Below are positions 1 to 8,430 of a stretch of DNA of 64,000 nt, in pieces; the stretch's first letter is position 1, and each line of letters opens with the position of its first letter. The DNA comes from an uncultured Eubacteriales bacterium. GTDB taxonomy: Bacteria; Bacillota; Clostridia; Oscillospirales; Oscillospiraceae. Under the pieces are notes generated by a model. That model saw only the letters and a program-made list of their open reading frames with translations. It did not search any database and was not told the origin of the DNA. Made by a program: the position numbers and the translations under genes. The stretch spans positions 83,373 through 147,372 of the forward strand of contig ONBX01000001.1 of NCBI GenBank assembly GCA_900316205.1, read 5' to 3'.

Positions 1-2199
1 CAGGACTATAACCGCACCATCCTGGACCTGGGCCGCAAGATGGGGAAACCCGTCATTGCGGCCAGCGACGTGCATTTCCTGGACCCGGAGGACGAGCAGT
101 ACCGCAAGATCCTCCAGGCGGCAAAAAAGTTTTCCGACGCGGACCGGGACTGCCCCATCTTCTTTCGCAACACCGAGGAGATGCTGGCGGAATTCCAGTA
201 CCTGGGGGAGGAGACCGCCAAGGAGGTGGTCATTACCAACACCCGGGCCATCGCGGACCAGGTGGAGGAGATCGAGCTGCTGCCCAAGGAGCTCTTCCCG
301 CCCCGGATCGAGAATTCCGCCCAGCAGCTGCGGGACCTGGTCTATGGCAAGATGCACCGCATCTACGGCGAAAACCCGCCGGAGATCGTACAGAGCCGGG
401 TGGACACCGAGCTCAACACCATTCTGGACCACAACTACGACGTCATTTACATGTCTGCCCAGAAGCTGGTGCAGAACTCCCTGGAAAACGGCTACCTGGT
501 GGGCAGCCGTGGCAGCGTGGGTTCCTCCATCGTGGCCTACATGTCCGGCATCACCGAGGTAAACTCCCTGCCGCCCCACTATGTCTGCCCCAAGTGCTGC
601 CACTCGGAATTCATCACCGACGGCAGCTACGGCTGCGGTGCCGACATGCCGGAGAAGGACTGCCCGGCATGCGGCACCCGTATGAACCGGGAGGGTTTTG
701 ACATCCCCTTTGAAACCTTCCTGGGTTTCCCGGGAAATGAGAAGACCCCCGATATCGACCTGAACTTCTCCGGAGAATACCAGGCCAAGGCCCATAAGTA
801 CACCGAAGTCCTTTTCGGCTCAGACCATGTTTTCCGCGCGGGCACCATCGGCACCCTGGCGGAAAAGACGGCCTACGGCTATGTGAAAAAGTACCTGGAG
901 GAGCGGAACATCCAGGCTACCAAGGCGGAAGAAAACCGCCTGGCCCTGGGCCTTGTGGGCATCAAGCGCACCACCGGCCAGCACCCGGGGGGCCTTGTGG
1001 TTATCCCCCAGGACATGGACGTCACGGACTTCTGCCCGGTCCAGCACCCGGCGGACGACCCCAACAGCGACATCATCACCACCCATTTTGAATACCACTG
1101 CATGGAGGCGAACCTGCTGAAGCTGGACGAGCTGGGCCATGATGACCCCACCATGATCCGCATGATGGAGGATATGACCGGCATGGACGCCAAGACCATC
1201 TCCCTCTCGGATCCGGACACTATGTCCATCTTCACCTCGCCCGCCGCCCTGGGCCTGCCGGACGACGACCCCATCATCGGCAGGACCGGCTCCATCGGCG
1301 TGCCGGAGTTCGGCACTCCCTTTACCCGGCAGATGCTGGTGGACACCCAGCCGAGGCAGTTTGATACCCTGGTCCGTCTTTCCGGCTTCTCCCACGGTAC
1401 CGACGTGTGGGCCGGCAACATCCATGACCTGATCGTAAACGGCATCGCCGACGTCAACCAGACCATCGGCTGCCGCGACGATATCATGATCTACCTGATC
1501 CAGAAGGGAATGGCCCCGGCCCTGGCCTTCAAGACCATGGAGGCCGTGCGCAAGGGCAAGGTGAAAAAGAGCGGGGAGTTCCCGGGAGACGCCGAGGAGC
1601 AGATGAAAGCCATGGGCGTGCCTGACTGGTGGATCGAATCCGCCCGGAAGATCGCCTATCTGTTCCCGAAAGCCCACGCCGTGGCCTACGTCATGATGGC
1701 CTTCCGCATCGCCTGGTTCAAGGTCCATGAGCCCCTGGCCTTCTACAGCGCCTATTTCTACCGGCGCAGTCAGAAGGGCGGCTTTGATGCCGGCATGATG
1801 TGCACCGGCACCGACGCCGTGCGCAGGAAGATCAACGAGATGAAACGCCGCAACGACCTGACCGCCAACGAGGAGGACCTGATGGTCACCCTGGAGGCGG
1901 TGTACGAGTTCAATATGCGCGGCTTCACCTTCGCCCCCATCGATCTCTATCAGTCCGACGCCCGCAAGTTCCTCCCCGTGGGGGACAAGCAGCTGCGTCC
2001 GCCCTTTGTTTCGGTGGCGGGCCTGGGCGAGACGGCGGCGGACGACCTCTGCCGGGTGGGCAGCACCGGGCAGCAGTTCATCTCCATGGAGGAGCTCTCC
2101 GCCGCCTGCCCCAAGGTCAGCCAGACCCACCTGGAGACCCTGAAGGCCATGGGCGCTCTCGGCGACATGCCGGAGAGCAGCCAGATCAGCCTGTTTTGA
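1..2199 (+). CDS. polC: PolC-type DNA polymerase III alpha subunit, C-terminal ~730 aa (5' end lies outside window)
   Basis: Frame 1 is open from nt 1 (QDYNRTILDLGRKMGKPV...), so the track's M at 40 is internal. The translation shows the PolC C-terminal region, including Cys4 module CPKCCHSEF...CPACG, PDIDLNFSGEYQ and HPGGLVVIP. Stop at 2197-2199. Confidence 0.9.
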   Translation, partial: QDYNRTILDLGRKMGKPVIAASDVHFLDPEDEQYRKILQAAKKFSDADRDCPIFFRNTEEMLAEFQYLGEETAKEVVITNTRAIADQVEEIELLPKELFPPRIENSAQQLRDLVYGKMHRIYGENPPEIVQSRVDTELNTILDHNYDVIYMSAQKLVQNSLENGYLVGSRGSVGSSIVAYMSGITEVNSLPPHYVCPKCCHSEFITDGSYGCGADMPEKDCPACGTRMNREGFDIPFETFLGFPGNEKTPDIDLNFSGEYQAKAHKYTEVLFGSDHVFRAGTIGTLAEKTAYGYVKKYLEERNIQATKAEENRLALGLVGIKRTTGQHPGGLVVIPQDMDVTDFCPVQHPADDPNSDIITTHFEYHCMEANLLKLDELGHDDPTMIRMMEDMTGMDAKTISLSDPDTMSIFTSPAALGLPDDDPIIGRTGSIGVPEFGTPFTRQMLVDTQPRQFDTLVRLSGFSHGTDVWAGNIHDLIVNGIADVNQTIGCRDDIMIYLIQKGMAPALAFKTMEAVRKGKVKKSGEFPGDAEEQMKAMGVPDWWIESARKIAYLFPKAHAVAYVMMAFRIAWFKVHEPLAFYSAYFYRRSQKGGFDAGMMCTGTDAVRRKINEMKRRNDLTANEEDLMVTLEAVYEFNMRGFTFAPIDLYQSDARKFLPVGDKQLRPPFVSVAGLGETAADDLCRVGSTGQQFISMEELSAACPKVSQTHLETLKAMGALGDMPESSQISLF

Positions 2200-2230
2200 C
2201 AGAATGCAAAGAAGAGGATAGTGCCCCTGT

Positions 2231-4606
2231 ATGAAGAGAGTTTCTCTGATCCTGATATTGTTCCTGGTCCTGCTCCTTGCCCTGGCAGCTTTCCACGCGG
2301 ACAGGACTGCTGCGGAAAAGGCGCCGGACCCAGAGCCCCCTGCGGCCTCACCTGAGGTGACGCTGCCTGCTACCTCCCCGGAAGAAACGCCGGAGCCCGC
2401 GTCCCTTTCCCTGGGCGAGCCGCCCCTTGCACCGGAGCCGGACTACAGCCTCATCATCAGCGAGGTGATGAGCCATAACCGGGCGACCCTTCCCGGGGCC
2501 GACGATAGCTTCCCCGACTGGGTAGAGCTTCTCAATACCGGAACGGAGGCCGTCTCCCTGGAGAATCTGCGCCTGCAGTGCGGGGAGAAGAGCTGGGATC
2601 TGCCGGAGCAGACGGTCCTGCCCGGTGAATACCTCCTGCTGCTCTGTGAGGAGGACACGGACTTTTCCATCCCCTCGGAAGGGGAGAGCCTGTCTCTCCT
2701 GAGCGCAAGGGGCACCCTGATCGACCGGGCGGAGCTGCCCGCCCTTGCCTCGGATACCGTCTGGACACCGGAAGGGGTCAGCGCATGGCCCAGCCCCGGC
2801 TTTGAAAACAGCCCTGCCGGCTACGAGGCCTTCCAGTCCGGAAGGACGGTCGAGGGCCTTGCCATCAGCGAGGCGGTGGTTTACGCCGCTTCGGGAGACT
2901 GGGTGGAGATTGTGAACCTGGGGGACCGCACCGTTCGACTGGAGGGCTGGGTACTCTCCGACAAGCTGGATCGCGCGGAGAGTTTTACCTTTCCGGAATG
3001 GGAACTGGCGCCCATGGAGAGCGTCCGGGTCCTGCTTCCCGAGAACAGCTTCAGCCTGAACGCCCAGCGGGACCGACTCTATCTCTTTGATCCGCAGGGG
3101 AAGCTGCAGGACTTCGTGAGCCTCCATGACATTCCTCTCGGCGGCAGCATGGGCCGCATGATGGGAGCGGAGGGCTTCTGGTACTTTGCCGAAGCCACCC
3201 CCGGGGACGAAAACCTGGACGGTTTCCGCCGAGTCTCGGCAGAGCCGGTGAGCCTGGAGCCCGACGGCGTCTTTGACGGGGTGAAGTCCGTGAAGGTCAC
3301 GCTCTCCGCCCCGGGGGAGATCCGCTACACCACCGACGGCAGCATCCCCACGGAGGAGTCGGAGCTCTATACCGGACCGATCAGCCTTTCGGAGACCACG
3401 GTCATCCGGGCGGTGTGCTTTGAAAAGGACGCCCTGCCCAGCCGCGCCCTGAGCCTGAGCTATATCCTCAATGAAGGACACAGCCTCCCGGTGGTGAGCC
3501 TGGTCAGCGATCCGGAGGGCCTCTTCGGCGGTGACAGGGGGATCTACTCCAACCCCGAGCTGGATGAGGAGCGCTTTGGCGCCGTCATGTTCTATGACGG
3601 GGAGGAGGGCTTCTCTCTGGACTGCGGCGTGGAGCTTCACGGCGCCACCTCCCGGATCTACCAGCCCAAAAAGTCTTTGAAGCTTCGCTTCCGCTCCCGC
3701 TACGACGGGGAGCTGCACTATGACCTGTTTGAAAACGGCGTCACGGAGTATGCCTCGATTCTGCTGCGGGCGCCCCAGGAGCCGGGTTACTCCAGCCTGC
3801 TGCGGGACGCTTTGATGCACGAGCTGGCCTCCGAGGCCTTCCCGGCCCTGCCGGTGCAGGACTCCCGCTATGCTGTGCTCTATCTCAACGGGGAATACTG
3901 GGGCGTCTACAGCATCCGGGAGGTCCACTCCCCGGAGAGCTACGCCTACCACCACGGCCTGGATCCGGACACGGTGTACCAGTACCGGGGCAAATGGGGC
4001 CCTGAGGCGGAGACCTCTGAGTTCTACAGTCTGGCGATCAGCACGGATATGAGCAATGAGGAGAACTACCGCAAGGTGGCGGAGCATGTGGATATCGACA
4101 GCGTCATCGGCTGGGCGGTCATCCAGGCCTATTGCGGCAACACGGATCTGCACAGCGACAATATGCGCTTTTACTACACCGCCGGGGATGATGTGCTCCA
4201 CTATGCTCTGGTGGATGTGGACCACGGCATGGAGGATGTGCAGGCCTTCGATTGCCCGATCACCATGGGCTATAAATACAACAAGCTCTTTGCCGCCTTG
4301 CTGAACAGCGGGGAATTTCGCGCCCGGCTCATCTCCCAGATGGAGGAGGCTTTCTCCGGCGTCCTGAAAGAGGAGAACGTGGTGGCGAAGATTGATGAGA
4401 TGGCCGCCCTCATCCGCCCCGAGATGCCCCGGGATCGGGAGCGCTGGGGCGCAAAGATGTCCGGGTGGGAAAGCCTGGTCCAGGGCAACAAAAACTATTT
4501 CCTGAACTTTGGCGGCCGTACCTCCCTGGTGCGGGACAGTCTGAAGAATTATATCGGCGCCACCCCAGAGTGGCGGGATTACTACTACAAGCCGAAAGAA
4601 AGCTGA
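2231..4606 (+). CDS. Secreted CotH kinase-family protein with two lamin-tail-like (LTD) modules
   Basis: Signal-peptide-like N-terminus MKRVSLILILFLVLLLALAAF. Two LTD-like modules (IISEVMSHN..DWVELLNTG; ISEAVVYAASGDWVEIVNLG). A chitobiase/hexosaminidase-C-like module (IRYTTDGSIPTEESELYTGPI). CotH-like region (LKLRFRSRYD, YLNGEYWGVYSIRE, HSDNMRFYY). Assignment from motif memory. Confidence 0.75.
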   Translation: MKRVSLILILFLVLLLALAAFHADRTAAEKAPDPEPPAASPEVTLPATSPEETPEPASLSLGEPPLAPEPDYSLIISEVMSHNRATLPGADDSFPDWVELLNTGTEAVSLENLRLQCGEKSWDLPEQTVLPGEYLLLLCEEDTDFSIPSEGESLSLLSARGTLIDRAELPALASDTVWTPEGVSAWPSPGFENSPAGYEAFQSGRTVEGLAISEAVVYAASGDWVEIVNLGDRTVRLEGWVLSDKLDRAESFTFPEWELAPMESVRVLLPENSFSLNAQRDRLYLFDPQGKLQDFVSLHDIPLGGSMGRMMGAEGFWYFAEATPGDENLDGFRRVSAEPVSLEPDGVFDGVKSVKVTLSAPGEIRYTTDGSIPTEESELYTGPISLSETTVIRAVCFEKDALPSRALSLSYILNEGHSLPVVSLVSDPEGLFGGDRGIYSNPELDEERFGAVMFYDGEEGFSLDCGVELHGATSRIYQPKKSLKLRFRSRYDGELHYDLFENGVTEYASILLRAPQEPGYSSLLRDALMHELASEAFPALPVQDSRYAVLYLNGEYWGVYSIREVHSPESYAYHHGLDPDTVYQYRGKWGPEAETSEFYSLAISTDMSNEENYRKVAEHVDIDSVIGWAVIQAYCGNTDLHSDNMRFYYTAGDDVLHYALVDVDHGMEDVQAFDCPITMGYKYNKLFAALLNSGEFRARLISQMEEAFSGVLKEENVVAKIDEMAALIRPEMPRDRERWGAKMSGWESLVQGNKNYFLNFGGRTSLVRDSLKNYIGATPEWRDYYYKPKES

Positions 4607-4648
4607 AAAACGCGCCCGATCCCGGAGAGGGGTCGGGCGCGTTTTTTC
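4606..4648 (+). terminator. Rho-independent terminator after the CotH gene
   Basis: Stem cgcgcccgatccc / gggtcgggcgcg (one bulge), followed by TTTTTTC immediately after the stop codon. Confidence 0.8.
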
Positions 4649-4719
4649 TTGTGACCGCTTGCGCGGCCTCTCGGCAGGGTGTACAATAGAAAAAACAACG
4701 AGGGAAAGGTGGATTTCGC

Positions 4720-6330
4720 ATGACCATCACATTTCTGGGCGCCGCCCATGAAGTCACCGGCAGTATGACGCTGCTGGAGGTGGGAGACAAGAAGGGCCTG
4801 GTGGACTGCGGCATGGAGCAGGGGAAGGACCTCTTTCAAAACGAGGAGCTGCCCGTTCCTGCCAAGGACCTGGATTTCGTCCTGCTGACCCACGCCCATG
4901 TGGACCACAGCGGCATGCTGCCGCTCCTCTATAAGAAGGGCTTTCGCGGCCCTGTCTATGCCAGCGCTGCCACCTGCTCCCTCTGTGACATCATGCTCCG
5001 TGACTGCGCCAACATCCAGATGAGCGAGGCGGAGTATCTCAACCGCAAAGGCCAGCGCAGCGGCGCTATGCCCGTGGAGCCACTCTATGACCTGGACGAC
5101 GCTCTGGGCGCGGTTTCCTGCCTCCGACCCTGTGATTACGGCAGCGTTCTCCAGGTGAACGAGAGCGTTTCCATCCGCATGACGGATGTGGGACATCTCC
5201 TGGGCTCGGCCGCCATCGAGGTCTGGCTTACCGAAGGGGGAGAGACGCGCAAGATCACCTTCTCCGGGGATGTGGGCAATCTGGACCAGCCCATTCTGCG
5301 GGATCCCCAGTTTGTGGAGGATACCGAGTATCTGATGATCGAGTCCACCTACGGGGACCGGCTCCACACGGAAGAGCGGGTGGACTATGTGGCGGAGCTT
5401 GCCCGCAGAATCCAGGATACCCTGGACCGGGGCGGCAACATGGTCATTCCCTCCTTTGCCGTGGGCCGCACCCAGGAAATGCTCTATTTCATCCGGGAGA
5501 TCAAGGAGCGCGGCCTGGTAAAAGGCCACGGCGATTTCCCCGTGTATGTTGACAGCCCCCTGGCTATCGAAGCTACTTCCGTTTTCCTCCAGTGCGACAC
5601 CCAGTTTCTGGACGAGGATATGCAGCGGCTCATCCGCTCCGGCGTCAATCCCATCGTGTTTCCTGGCCTGGAGCTCACGGTCAGCGACCTGGAATCCAAG
5701 GCCATCAACAACGACAAGACCCCCAAGGTCATCCTCTCCGCCTCCGGCATGTGCGACGCGGGGCGTGTCCGCCATCACTTGAAGCACAATCTCTGGCGAC
5801 CGGAATCCACCGTGCTCTTTGTGGGCTACCAGGCGGTGGGGACCCTGGGCCGCATCCTGGTGGACGGGGCCAAAAGCGTCAAGCTCTTCGGTGAGGAGGT
5901 CCAGGTCCGGGCGCAGATCGACACCCTTCCCGGCGTCAGCGGTCACGCGGATAAAGCGGGACTCATCCGCTGGCTCTCCGGTTTTCGGGAGAAGCCGAAG
6001 CTCGTTTTCGTCAACCACGGCGACCCGGAATCGGCGGATGCCTTTACCAAATGCCTGAATGAGGAACTGGGATATCGGGCCTTCGCCCCTTACAGCGGCA
6101 CGAAGTTCGATCTGCTTTCGGGCGACTTCCTCCGCATCACCGAGGGCGTCCCCGTGGAGAAGAAGAGCGCTTCCGGCCGCAAAGTCTCGCCTGCCTTCAC
6201 CCGGCTCATCGCCGCGGCGGAGCGGCTGCTGGCCGCCTGCCGCAAGCTGGAGGGCCATGCCAACAAGGAGCTGGCCGGCCACGCCGACCGGATCGAAAAG
6301 CTGGCCGACCGGGTGGAAAGGGACATCTGA
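4720..6330 (+). CDS. MBL-fold metallo-hydrolase, beta-CASP / RNA-metabolising type
   Basis: N-terminus ITFLGAAHEVTGS; MBL motif LLTHAHVDHSG; beta-CASP-like middle; GVSGHAD near the C-terminus. A coiled C-terminal extension of about 70 aa follows. RBS-like aaggtgg lies upstream. Confidence 0.8.
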   Translation: MTITFLGAAHEVTGSMTLLEVGDKKGLVDCGMEQGKDLFQNEELPVPAKDLDFVLLTHAHVDHSGMLPLLYKKGFRGPVYASAATCSLCDIMLRDCANIQMSEAEYLNRKGQRSGAMPVEPLYDLDDALGAVSCLRPCDYGSVLQVNESVSIRMTDVGHLLGSAAIEVWLTEGGETRKITFSGDVGNLDQPILRDPQFVEDTEYLMIESTYGDRLHTEERVDYVAELARRIQDTLDRGGNMVIPSFAVGRTQEMLYFIREIKERGLVKGHGDFPVYVDSPLAIEATSVFLQCDTQFLDEDMQRLIRSGVNPIVFPGLELTVSDLESKAINNDKTPKVILSASGMCDAGRVRHHLKHNLWRPESTVLFVGYQAVGTLGRILVDGAKSVKLFGEEVQVRAQIDTLPGVSGHADKAGLIRWLSGFREKPKLVFVNHGDPESADAFTKCLNEELGYRAFAPYSGTKFDLLSGDFLRITEGVPVEKKSASGRKVSPAFTRLIAAAERLLAACRKLEGHANKELAGHADRIEKLADRVERDI

Positions 6331-6418
6331 GCCAAGCGGGACTGAAGAAGCAAAGCGCCTGCAGGCATAGAAGAAAATGTAACAAAATAAAAACAAATTC
6401 TTTCAAAATATGGCGTAT

Positions 6419-6452
6419 ATGATCGGTTTTCCTGGAAAACCGATCATTTTTT
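6419..6452 (+). terminator. Rho-independent terminator
   Basis: Stem atgatcggtttTCC / GGaaaaccgatcat followed by TTTTTT. Confidence 0.75.
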
Positions 6453-6476
6453 AAGACTTTTTCATAATCTTCTCAG

Positions 6477-6505
6477 TTGACATAATATTATCACCGTGAT
6501 AAGAT
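6477..6505 (+). promoter_or_regulatory. Sigma-A-like promoter with embedded palindromic operator
   Basis: TTGACA (6477-6482), 17-nt spacer, TAAGAT (6500-6505). Palindrome TTATCAC-c-GTGATAA (6488-6502) spans the spacer and -10. A second TTGACA lies 9 nt downstream. Confidence 0.5.
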
Positions 6506-6537
6506 AAATTGACACATTATCTCAGGGGTGAAATGAG

Positions 6538-8163
6538 ATGAGCAACTTGGAATTTCATCCGGAACAAGCCATCGGCGAGGGACTGCTGCGCCTGGACAAG
6601 CAGGAGCTGCTGGAGTTTGTGTCCCAGCTTTGCCTGCACCTGAAGGCGCAGGTGGGTTCCCGCGCCTATCACGGCGGCATCTTTCCCGAAAACATCTGCC
6701 GGGATGCAGACGGCAATTTTGCCATTGGCCCCGCCAAAATGGAAAAATGGACCGGTCAGGAGCTGGAGTTCGTGGCGCCGGAGATGTACTGGCACGGAGA
6801 TGCCAGCCCGGCAGCCGACGTGTATTCCCTGGCCCTTCTGGTGATCTACGGCCTCAACGAGGGGAAGCTCCCTTATGATACGCCCACCTCCAGCGGAAAG
6901 CTGGCCCGCATGAGCGGCAAGCCTCTTCCTCTGCCCCAGAATGCCGGCAAGCGGCTGAGTGAGGTGCTGGAAAAGGCAACGGCCTTCCAGGCCAAGGACC
7001 GCTACCAGAGCCCGGAAGAGCTGCAGATCATGCTGGAAAGCTGCATGGACAACAAGTATCTGGGCGGCAGCTCCGGCGCGGAGGCGGTGTTTCAGAAGGA
7101 TCACGGTGAACTCAGCGATATCGAGCGCATGATGGTGGACATCATCGAAAAGGGGAGCGAGCCGGAGGAGAAGGCACCGGAGGAACCTGCCCTGCCTGAG
7201 GGACTCAGCGAGGAGGAAATGGCGGGGCTGGAGAAGCCGGAGCCCGTCCGCCAGAAAAAGGAAGACATCAACGCCATGGTGGAGGAGTTTTTCGGCCTCA
7301 CCGGCGAAGAGGAGACCACCGCTGCGCCCGATCCCCAGGAGGACGGGGAAGAAGTCCGGGTCTATGAGCCCTCCAAGGAGAAGAAGGACCGCCAGCCCAT
7401 CCCCATCCTGACGGTGGAGAAATACCCGGAGCTGGAGCCTGTGGTGCTGAAGCAGCAGCCCCGCGTGGAGCGGACAAAGCCCCAGACTGAGGAGCAGAGC
7501 GCCCAGCCGGAGCCGCCCAAGGACGAGAAAAAGCTGCGCCGGCGCCGCGCCCGCAGGGTCATCGCCTCGGTGCTGATCGTGTGTCTCGCGCTGGTGGCAG
7601 GAGCATTGGGCCTGAATCTGTGGTGGAACCGGGACAGCCGCCCCACCCAGATCAATCCCACCCCGGATCCCAGCAGTCTCTTTGCTCCCGAGCCCACGCT
7701 GCAGCCTACCCTGCAGCCCACCGAGCCCAGTGAGATCCTCTCCATCCCCACCGAGGCGCCCCAGCAGCCCCGCTACGCGGTGGTGAAATCCGATCTGAGC
7801 TGGACCCTGGCCCGGGAGGCCTGCCTGGAGCAGGAGGGACACCTGGCCACCATCTCCGGTCCGGAGGAGCTGGCGGAGATCACAAAGCTTGCCGAGGAAC
7901 TGGGCCTCACCCGCATCTGGGTGGGCTGCCGCTGGGTCAACAACGAGCTGATCTGGGAAAACGGCGAGCAGAACGAGTATTTTGTCTGGGCCGAGAACGA
8001 GCCCAGCTCCTGGGACTATTATGACAATGTGCCCGAGAACTATATCATGATCTACCGGGAAGGGGACCGCTGGCTCTTCAACGACTGCCGGGATGATCCC
8101 GCCGGGGATTACCCGGAGTTCTACAGCGGCATCATGGGATACGCCATCGAATTTGAACGCTGA
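6538..8163 (+). CDS. Single-pass membrane protein: kinase-like (C-lobe only, degenerate) cytoplasmic domain, acidic linker, TM helix, P/T linker, extracellular C-type lectin domain
   Basis: Residues ~20-165 resemble Ser/Thr kinase subdomains VI-XI (HGGIFPENI in place of HRDxKPxN; APEMYW; DVYSLALLVIYGL; DRYQSPEEL) with no Gly-loop or VAIK region. KKLRRRRARR precedes the TM helix VIASVLIVCLALVAGALGLNLWW. The C-terminus has CTLD motifs (WTLAREACLEQEGHLATISGPEEL, RIWVGCRW, WAENEPS, NDCRDD). Confidence 0.7.
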   Translation: MSNLEFHPEQAIGEGLLRLDKQELLEFVSQLCLHLKAQVGSRAYHGGIFPENICRDADGNFAIGPAKMEKWTGQELEFVAPEMYWHGDASPAADVYSLALLVIYGLNEGKLPYDTPTSSGKLARMSGKPLPLPQNAGKRLSEVLEKATAFQAKDRYQSPEELQIMLESCMDNKYLGGSSGAEAVFQKDHGELSDIERMMVDIIEKGSEPEEKAPEEPALPEGLSEEEMAGLEKPEPVRQKKEDINAMVEEFFGLTGEEETTAAPDPQEDGEEVRVYEPSKEKKDRQPIPILTVEKYPELEPVVLKQQPRVERTKPQTEEQSAQPEPPKDEKKLRRRRARRVIASVLIVCLALVAGALGLNLWWNRDSRPTQINPTPDPSSLFAPEPTLQPTLQPTEPSEILSIPTEAPQQPRYAVVKSDLSWTLAREACLEQEGHLATISGPEELAEITKLAEELGLTRIWVGCRWVNNELIWENGEQNEYFVWAENEPSSWDYYDNVPENYIMIYREGDRWLFNDCRDDPAGDYPEFYSGIMGYAIEFER

Positions 8164-8183
8164 ATCAAATCTATACAGCATCT

Positions 8184-8222
8184 GCGCAGGGCGGAGACGG
8201 GTCTCCGCCCTGCGTCATTTTA
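8184..8222 (+). terminator. Terminator-like hairpin
   Basis: Stem gcgcagggcggagac / gtctccgccctgcg followed by a weak T tract (tcatttta). Confidence 0.55.
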
Positions 8223-8430
8223 TTGACAAAAGCAGCGGAAAAACGGGAACCTGCATCTGTTTTCGCCTTGTTTTGACAGTTAGAGACTTTTTGCCCGGTT
8301 GCCAAGCTTTTAACAGGATTGTTAGAAACTTGTCTATAAAATCCGACCTTTTTCCCCATCGGACTTGTAGACAAGCAACAAAAATTTGTGCTATTATAGC
8401 ACCGTATGATTTTTAAACGAGGTGAAGCTT

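Noticed and set aside
7750-8163. Possibility that the C-type lectin domain is a diversity-generating retroelement (DGR) target.
   Set aside because: The window contains no reverse transcriptase and no template repeat resembling the 3' end of the gene. The domain looks like a canonical Lectin_C rather than the DGR-type CLec/FGE fold.
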